In this document: piece after piece, positions 57,876 through 64,000 of the stretch
Numbering within the stretch: the stretch's first letter is position 1
Layout: each line of letters starts with the position of its first letter
Origin: Spirochaetia bacterium
GTDB taxonomy: Bacteria; Spirochaetota; Spirochaetia; CADAEX01
DNA: 64,000 nucleotides
Assembly: GCA_045606105.1 (NCBI GenBank)
Contig: JAZURI010000011.1
Location: 1-64,000 of the forward strand
Direction: 5' to 3'
The notes under the pieces: generated by a model
Told to the model about the DNA's origin: nothing
The model's input: only the letters and a program-made list of their open reading frames with translations
Databases searched by the model: none
Made by a program: the position numbers and the translations under genes

Positions 57876-59222
57876 TTATTTTCCTACGCAGAAATGAGAA
57901 AACATGTTTTCAAGAATGTCGGCGGTGGTTATTTCTCCCGTAATCTCACCCAAGGCCGAAACAGCCTCACCGAGATCCACGGCTATTGCATCCACAGGCA
58001 TTCCCGCAGCCCTGCCCAGCCTGACCTGTCCCAGCGCCTCCAGAGCCCTTTCCAGAAGTTCCTTCTGCCGCTGTGAATTTATAACAGCCTCACCGGTATT
58101 CAGGCTCTGTCCCCTTGAGGCTCTTCTGGTTATCTCTTTTTCCAGGATACCGAAGCCGGCGGCGGTAAATGCACTTACCGGGACAAAGCCCTCCGGCGGC
58201 TCCAGTCCTGATAAATCGGTCTTGTTCCAGACCGGAATACAGTCATGGTTCCTTATGAAATCCAGATCCTCTTCATCTGCCCCTGCGGTACTGTCCACAA
58301 GGTACAGGATAATGTCGGAATTCTCGATGATCATTCCGCTGCGGCGGATACCCTCCGCCTCCACCGGGTCATCGGAAATCCTCAGTCCGGCAGTATCTAT
58401 GAGAACTGCGGGAATACCGCATACCTCCGCCGGCGCCTCTATATAGTCCCTGGTTGTTCCCCGGTAATCTGAAACAATGGAGCGGTCCTCCTTGAGGAAC
58501 AGGTTGAAAAGGGCTGACTTGCCGGCATTGGTCTTTCCGGCCAGGGCAATCCTTATCCCCTCCCTGTAAAGCTTTCCCACGCTGTAGGTGGCAAGAAGGC
58601 TGCTGAGAATACCATAGGCCTCATCCAGCTTCTCCTCATCAAATTCCGCCGAAGGGTCTGCTTCGTCCTCCGCATAGTCCAGCTGTATTGAAAGTGCGGC
58701 CATGATATCGGCCAGAAGATGCTTTGCCCGGTCAACGGCATTGAAAACCGTTCCTGAAAGGCGGCTGAGAGCCAATGCCTGGGCCTGCCTGCTCCCTGCG
58801 GTTATGATTTCATGGACAGCCTCTGCCCTGGTAAGGTCCATCTTTCCGTTGAGAAAGCTTCTCAGCGTGAATTCCCCCGGCTGCGCACTGCGGAAGCCGT
58901 TTTTTCTGAGAAGCTCAAGTACAGCCCTGATTCCCGGAAGACTTCCGTGACAGAAAATTTCTGCCATATCCTCTCCCGTATAGCTTTTCGGAGCCCTGTA
59001 GATACCCAGGACAACCTCGTCAACCGGATTATCCCCGTCCATGAGCTTTCCGTAAACCATGGAATACCCGTCCAGCTCCGACGGCTTCCTGCTGCCTTTG
59101 AAAATTCCGGAAATTCTCTCAAGAGCCCCTTTGCCCGATGTACGGATTACTGCAAGAGCGCTTTCACCCCACGGAGTGGAAAGGGCGGCAATGAGATCTT
59201 CTGTATCATAACCCTGAATCAT
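57876..59222 (-). CDS. mnmE: tRNA modification GTPase MnmE (TrmE)
   Basis: SYTGED, GEFTLRSFLNGKMDL, GKTNAGKS, GTTRD, DTAG, NKTD, C-terminal FCVGK. Confidence 0.98.
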   Translation of the reverse strand: MIQGYDTEDLIAALSTPWGESALAVIRTSGKGALERISGIFKGSRKPSELDGYSMVYGKLMDGDNPVDEVVLGIYRAPKSYTGEDMAEIFCHGSLPGIRAVLELLRKNGFRSAQPGEFTLRSFLNGKMDLTRAEAVHEIITAGSRQAQALALSRLSGTVFNAVDRAKHLLADIMAALSIQLDYAEDEADPSAEFDEEKLDEAYGILSSLLATYSVGKLYREGIRIALAGKTNAGKSALFNLFLKEDRSIVSDYRGTTRDYIEAPAEVCGIPAVLIDTAGLRISDDPVEAEGIRRSGMIIENSDIILYLVDSTAGADEEDLDFIRNHDCIPVWNKTDLSGLEPPEGFVPVSAFTAAGFGILEKEITRRASRGQSLNTGEAVINSQRQKELLERALEALGQVRLGRAAGMPVDAIAVDLGEAVSALGEITGEITTADILENMFSHFCVGK

Positions 59223-59230
59223 AATATAAA

Positions 59231-59259
59231 ATCATATCTTAAAAATAATTCTTGGACAA
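59231..59259 (-). promoter_or_regulatory. mnmE promoter (leaderless or near-leaderless)
   Basis: TTGTCC-17 nt-TATGAT-8 nt-ATG; no SD. Confidence 0.6.
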
Positions 59260-59272
59260 TAGTCAGCCCATG

Positions 59273-59479
59273 TCAAGGAACAATTTCCTCCCAGATGGAA
59301 TCCATGCCGGAAGAGGTGGGAACATCCCTGGTTATTTCGAAGGGAATACGGTTTTCCCTAACTGCCTGACGGAGAAAGATATTCAGCGCCGTAGTCATGT
59401 TCATTCCCAGGTCACTGAAAAGTGCCTCGGCCTGTTTTTTGAGGAATGTATCGGTCTTGAAGTTTATATTTGTTGTCAT
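59273..59479 (-). CDS. Orphan RelB/DinJ-family antitoxin (ribbon-helix-helix)
   Basis: TNINFKTD..LKKQAEALFSDLGMNMTTALNIFLRQAVRENRIPFEI; no adjacent toxin gene. Confidence 0.85.
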   Translation of the reverse strand: MTTNINFKTDTFLKKQAEALFSDLGMNMTTALNIFLRQAVRENRIPFEITRDVPTSSGMDSIWEEIVP

Positions 59480-59580
59480 CTTATATACTGTGTAAAACTT
59501 TATATGCATATTGTCAACATCATTTAAAATAATATAACTTTTTTCTTCTATTGAATTGTGAATTATGCTATATTGGATAT

Positions 59581-60576
59581 ATGGGTCGTTTTATTTCGGT
59601 TGCAACAGTTGGTAAGGATGATGAAGGAAGACGCTGTGACAAGATTTTCAGGCTGATTTTTCCGGAAATGCAGTTAAGCGGCATCTACAAGGAAATCAGG
59701 AACGGAAACATCAGGGTCAACGGAAGGAAGGTAAAGCAGGAGGATCATCTCCGGGAGGGGGATGTGATAGAAGCCACACGCTTTCTTGCCTCCTTTGTCA
59801 GTTCTGCACCCAAAACACCCAAAGTGCCGGCCCTCAACAAGGAAAATTTCAGGAAAAGGGTTGTTTTCGAGAACGATGCCCTGGTTGTCATAAACAAGAA
59901 AAAGGGAGAGCTGGTCCATCAGGCCGGTAAAAACAGGAACTTCTCCACACTGGACATGCTGGTAAGGCAGTATCTCGATTTCGATGAGGGAAGCTCCCTC
60001 TCCTTTGCACCGGGACCTCTTCACCGCCTGGACAGGAATACCTCAGGAATCATAGCCTTCGGGAAGAGTGCCGAGGGGGCAAGGAAATTCTCGCTTCTGC
60101 TGCAGGGACGGGAGGTAAAGAAATGCTATATCGCCCTTATGGAGGGAAATCTGAAGCAGGAGGTGCTCTGGAGAGACAGGATTGCCAGGCAGGAGGAGAA
60201 GAACATATCCCTGGTCTTTCCCATAAGTCACGAAACAGGGGATGAAGCTGTAACCACCGCAATTCCGGTTCTCAGGTCGGGAGGCAGAACCCTGACCATG
60301 GTGGAGATCGGTACGGGAAGAACCCATCAGATAAGGGCACAGTCCTCATACCACGGATTTCCCCTTACGGGCGATGTAAAATACAACGGCGGTAAAAATC
60401 CTGCCGGATACTATCTCCATTCTGCGGGAATAGCGGCAGAGAGCAATATTTTTACGGCATCACCCGATTCATCCTTCATCAATGAGACTGCAGAGCTTAT
60501 GAAAACATCTCCCCAAACCATAAAAAAAGCAATAAATCACATTTTAGCTTTATTTGCCGAAAAATATACCGTATAA
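59581..60576 (+). CDS. RluA/RluC family pseudouridine synthase with S4 domain
   Basis: IRVNGRK, INKKKG, HRLDRNTSG, TGRTHQIR, GDVKY. Confidence 0.93.
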   Translation: MGRFISVATVGKDDEGRRCDKIFRLIFPEMQLSGIYKEIRNGNIRVNGRKVKQEDHLREGDVIEATRFLASFVSSAPKTPKVPALNKENFRKRVVFENDALVVINKKKGELVHQAGKNRNFSTLDMLVRQYLDFDEGSSLSFAPGPLHRLDRNTSGIIAFGKSAEGARKFSLLLQGREVKKCYIALMEGNLKQEVLWRDRIARQEEKNISLVFPISHETGDEAVTTAIPVLRSGGRTLTMVEIGTGRTHQIRAQSSYHGFPLTGDVKYNGGKNPAGYYLHSAGIAAESNIFTASPDSSFINETAELMKTSPQTIKKAINHILALFAEKYTV

Positions 60577-60583
60577 TATAAAT

Positions 60584-61444
60584 ATGAAGTTACCATTCTT
60601 TATCAGAAAAATGTTCGGAATCAAGGTTTATGCACTGGTGGGCAGAAGCGGCACCGGTAAAAGCTTCCGCGCCCGTCTGGTGGCGGAAAAAAACGGTATC
60701 GAGCTTATCATCGATGACGGACTCCTTATAAAGAATGACAGCATCATTGCAGGAAAATCGGCCAAGAGCGAAAAGATTTACCTTACAGCCATCAAGACCG
60801 CCCTCTTCGATTCGGTGGAGCACAGGACCGAGGTAAGGGACAAGCTTCAGAAGGAGCAGTTCAACAAGATTCTTCTGCTAGGAACCTCCGAAGCCATGGT
60901 ACAGAAAATCGCCAAGAGGCTTCATCTTCCCAAGCCTTTCAAGATTATAAAAATAGAAGATATAGTAACCCAGGAAGAGATTGAAATGGCTCTTAAGGAA
61001 AGGGCATCGGGAAAGCATGTTATTCCTATCCCTACCGTGGAGGTGGAAAAGGATTACGGGGATATCATTTCAGGCTATATCAACGAAACCATACAGAAGG
61101 GAATATTCCTTTTCAAGCAGCACAAGAATATCGAAAAGACCGTGGTTCAGCCAAGCTTTGCCCAGAGTTCCAAAGGCAAGGTGACCATTGCCAAGGCTGC
61201 CCTCGTCCAGATGATCATCCATTGTGCCGACGAGTTCGATTCTTCCATAGAAATAAAGAAGATAAAGATAGGGGTGGACAGCTCAGGCTCCTACAAGATC
61301 AAGCTCTTCATCAAGGCCTCCTACAAGACCCAGCTTTCGGGAAAATACCACAATTTCCAGCAGTATCTGACCCAGAGCCTGTTCAGGTATACCGGAATAA
61401 CAATCAAGGAAATGAATATAGAAATTGACTCAATGAAGGATTAA
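60584..61444 (+). CDS. Uncharacterised P-loop domain plus Asp23/Gls24-like C-terminal domain protein
   Basis: VYALVGRSGTGKSFRA, IIDDGLLI, GKHVIP, EKTVVQPSF..GKVTI, YTGITIKEMNIEI. Confidence 0.75.
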   Translation: MKLPFFIRKMFGIKVYALVGRSGTGKSFRARLVAEKNGIELIIDDGLLIKNDSIIAGKSAKSEKIYLTAIKTALFDSVEHRTEVRDKLQKEQFNKILLLGTSEAMVQKIAKRLHLPKPFKIIKIEDIVTQEEIEMALKERASGKHVIPIPTVEVEKDYGDIISGYINETIQKGIFLFKQHKNIEKTVVQPSFAQSSKGKVTIAKAALVQMIIHCADEFDSSIEIKKIKIGVDSSGSYKIKLFIKASYKTQLSGKYHNFQQYLTQSLFRYTGITIKEMNIEIDSMKD

Positions 61445-61446
61445 GC

Positions 61447-62541
61447 TCAGGCTTCCTTTACTGTCTCATTCTTTGGCTTAGGCTGACTGCGTCTGGCCTT
61501 CAGCTTGAATCCGTTCTTGGACATGATTGTCCTCACCGCATCTATGAGTGCCGCATTAGGTGGAATCATAGGTCTGAGGAAATGCTTGAGGGAATCGATA
61601 ACCTCTGCAAAAGGCATGTTTGCCACATTGTCATAGAAGGTCACTGTTTCCAGGTAGTCGGTAATGAGAGGTTCCACCAGGCTGCCGGTTCTGGCCAGAT
61701 CCAGCTTTCCGTTCTTCTTGTCATTGTCAAAGCTCTCCAGTGTCTGGTAAAAAAGGCTGTTTTTCTGGATTTCGTATACACCCGGCAGGATATACCTGAG
61801 AATGTTCAGCTTTGCAAGACGGCGGAATACCTGGGTTGTGTTCTCCATCTTCATTATCTTGAAAATCTCCTCAGTAAGTCTGGAGGATGAGACATAGAGA
61901 ATCCTGGAGGAATACCTTATCATGCTCAGCTTAAGGAGAAGTGGAATATCACCTCCGATCATCACGGAATACTTGACTGCACGGATAAGCCTTACCGGAT
62001 CCTCCATGAATATGGTACGGAGAGGAATAACCGGTCTTACAATCCTTTTCCTTACATCCTTGTAGCCGCCGATGAAATCAATGATGGTTTCGGAATGGGT
62101 ATCATAGTAAAGGGCATTGATGGAAAAATCCCTGCGCCACACATCCTCCTTCATGGTTCCGAAGCAGTTATTGTCCCCTGCCACGGGAGCATTGGCCCTA
62201 AAGGTGGAAATCTCGTAGATATCCTTTCCCATTATTACATGAACCAGGAGAAATCTTCTTCCGATAATCCTGGCATTCCTGAAAAGCTTCTTTATCTGCT
62301 TTGGGTACGCATCGGTTACAATATCAAAATCCTTAGGCTTGTGTCCTGTAAGAAGATCCCTGACAGCACCGCCCACAATATAGGCCTCGTAGCCTGCATT
62401 CCTGAGCTTGTCACAGATGAAAAGGGCATTGCGGTCTATTATTTCCCTGCCTATGCCGTGATCGTTCTTGTCGTAATATTCTGCAAGACGGACTGCTTTT
62501 CCCCTTGCGTTCTTGTAGTAGCGTACCTTCACAGGGTGCAT
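61447..62541 (-). CDS. pcnB: Poly(A) polymerase I
   Basis: VGGAVRD, KDFD, PAP signature IIGRRFLLVHV, RRDFSINALYY, EDPVRLIRA; start at ATG 62541 or GTG 62532. Confidence 0.9.
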   Translation of the reverse strand: MHPVKVRYYKNARGKAVRLAEYYDKNDHGIGREIIDRNALFICDKLRNAGYEAYIVGGAVRDLLTGHKPKDFDIVTDAYPKQIKKLFRNARIIGRRFLLVHVIMGKDIYEISTFRANAPVAGDNNCFGTMKEDVWRRDFSINALYYDTHSETIIDFIGGYKDVRKRIVRPVIPLRTIFMEDPVRLIRAVKYSVMIGGDIPLLLKLSMIRYSSRILYVSSSRLTEEIFKIMKMENTTQVFRRLAKLNILRYILPGVYEIQKNSLFYQTLESFDNDKKNGKLDLARTGSLVEPLITDYLETVTFYDNVANMPFAEVIDSLKHFLRPMIPPNAALIDAVRTIMSKNGFKLKARRSQPKPKNETVKEA

Positions 62542-62640
62542 TATTTCATATTTTATACATTTGGTAAAGTTAGCCCAAAATTTCTTTTCCATATTGTTAT
62601 AAAAAGAAAATGGGTATATGTTTTTCCTGTAGGTAAAACA

Positions 62641-64000
62641 ATGAATCCCGAAAACATAAGAAATATTGCAATAATAGCCCATGTAGACCATGGAAAGACC
62701 ACCCTTGTGGATGCCATGTTCAGGCAGAGCGGAATGGTTGCCGGCATGGATAAGATGGGCGACAGGATAATGGACAGCGGAGAGATCGAGCGGGAGAGAG
62801 GTATCACCATCTCGGCAAAGAACTGCGAGGTCGTATGGAAGGATACAAAGATAAACATTCTCGACACACCGGGACATGCAGATTTCGGCGGCGAGGTTGA
62901 AAGAGCCCTTTCCATGGTGGACGGAGTGGTACTGCTGGTGGATGCGGCGGAAGGTCCCCTTCCCCAGACAAGATTTGTCCTGCAGAAGGCCCTGTCACTG
63001 GGACTCAGACTTATCATACTGGTAAACAAGATAGACAGGGAGGATGCCCGCCCCGAAGAGGTATACAACGAGGTACTGGAGCTGCTTCTGGAGCTGGAGG
63101 CAGATGATTCCTACCTGGATTCTCCGGTTCTCTATGCCAACGGAAGAAGAGGTATTGCAAAAAGAAGCCTTGAGGATGAATCGGACAACCTGGCTCCTCT
63201 CATGGATACTGTGGTGGAGCATATTCCGGCCCCGGAATGCAGCCCTGAGGAGCCTTTCAGTATGGTGGTGGCAGATCTTGATTATTCCGATTATCTGGGC
63301 CGCATGGCTATCGGCAAGATCAAGGGAGGCCGCGTTTCCCTCAACGACAGGCTGGTAAGCATCGGTGCCGGAAATGCGGTAAAGCCCATAAAGGTATCCC
63401 AGCTGCAGGTCTACAAGGGAACATCCCTGGAGCCGGCAGATTCGGTTTCGGCCGGAGATATTGTCATCATGGCAGGTGTCAGCGACATCTTTATCGGAGA
63501 TACCATCTGCAGCGCCGCCGAACCGAAGGCATTGCCGAGGATAGAAATAGATGAGCCTACTGTTTCCATGAGATTTCTTCCTAACTCCTCTCCCCTTTCG
63601 GGCAGGGAAGGAAAAATCGTACAGGGAAGCAAGATTCTAGAAAGACTCAGAAAAGAGGGGCTGCGTAATGTTGCCCTCCAGATAGAGGAGGCCACCGATA
63701 ACGAAGGGGGCTATATAGTAAAGGGAAGAGGCGAATTCCAGATGGCCATCCTTATCGAGACCATGAGGAGGGAGGGCTTTGAATTCTGTGTGGGCAGACC
63801 TAAGGTAATCTTCAGGACCGACAGCAACGGAAAAAAGCTGGAGCCGATGGAAAGGGTCACAATCAGCGTCAGCAAGGATTATGCCGGAGTGGTTTCCGAA
63901 ACCCTGATGCAGAGAAAGGGAATAATAGAAAACTATTCATCAGCCCAGGGGGATCATGTAATCATGGAATTTGCCATTCCGTCCAGATCTCTTATCGGAT
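62641..64000 (+). CDS. typA: Translational GTPase TypA/BipA (3'-truncated by window end)
   Basis: MNPENIRNIAIIAHVDHGKTTLVD, ERERGITI, DTPGHADFGGEVER, GRGE...ILIETMRREG; frame open to 64000. Confidence 0.96.
   Translation, partial: MNPENIRNIAIIAHVDHGKTTLVDAMFRQSGMVAGMDKMGDRIMDSGEIERERGITISAKNCEVVWKDTKINILDTPGHADFGGEVERALSMVDGVVLLVDAAEGPLPQTRFVLQKALSLGLRLIILVNKIDREDARPEEVYNEVLELLLELEADDSYLDSPVLYANGRRGIAKRSLEDESDNLAPLMDTVVEHIPAPECSPEEPFSMVVADLDYSDYLGRMAIGKIKGGRVSLNDRLVSIGAGNAVKPIKVSQLQVYKGTSLEPADSVSAGDIVIMAGVSDIFIGDTICSAAEPKALPRIEIDEPTVSMRFLPNSSPLSGREGKIVQGSKILERLRKEGLRNVALQIEEATDNEGGYIVKGRGEFQMAILIETMRREGFEFCVGRPKVIFRTDSNGKKLEPMERVTISVSKDYAGVVSETLMQRKGIIENYSSAQGDHVIMEFAIPSRSLIG

Noticed and set aside
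62542-62877. N-terminal extension of the pcnB ORF (476 aa in track)
   Set aside because: Overlaps typA on the opposite strand and crosses the AT-rich divergent promoter; PAP homology starts near 62541/62532.
1-64000. CRISPR arrays, tRNA/rRNA genes, transposases, integrases, prophage or defence islands
   Set aside because: None seen; intergenic gaps are all under about 310 bp and are explained by promoters, terminators or the FMN riboswitch.

Overview
This 64-kb window is gene-dense chromosomal DNA from an anaerobic bacterium, with moderate GC in coding regions and short AT-rich intergenic gaps. It is most likely a member of Spirochaetota. Evidence for this is a spirochaete-type coiled-coil protein, a stand-alone EF-G2-like factor, an 'FAAGTGE'-type signal peptide and grpE-dnaK-dnaJ without hrcA. 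Content is mainly housekeeping and metabolic: GTP-PEPCK, feoAB plus a small Cys-rich peptide, a family-5 ABC importer, iscS-thiI, a PBP, mcsA-mcsB-clpC, apbE, paaK, an FMN-riboswitch-controlled ribD-ribE-ribBA-ribH operon, a membrane pyrophosphatase, a small alarmone synthetase, xseAB, dnaK/J, a Na+-pumping acyl-CoA decarboxylase cluster, mnmE-mnmG-rsmG, pcnB and a truncated typA. I found no tRNA, rRNA, CRISPR array, transposase or prophage. The most unusual observations are four. (1) The mcsA-mcsB-clpC operon pairs a ClpC that lacks its whole N-terminal domain with an McsB that has degenerate catalytic motifs. (2) Many genes have a sigma70 -10 box 5-8 nt before the start codon and no Shine-Dalgarno, suggesting leaderless mRNAs; one case is a divergent pair sharing an overlapping -35. 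(3) Most convergent gene pairs abut or overlap, leaving no room for terminators. (4) Tandem rrn-like promoters point off the left edge. All calls come from motif recognition without database searches.
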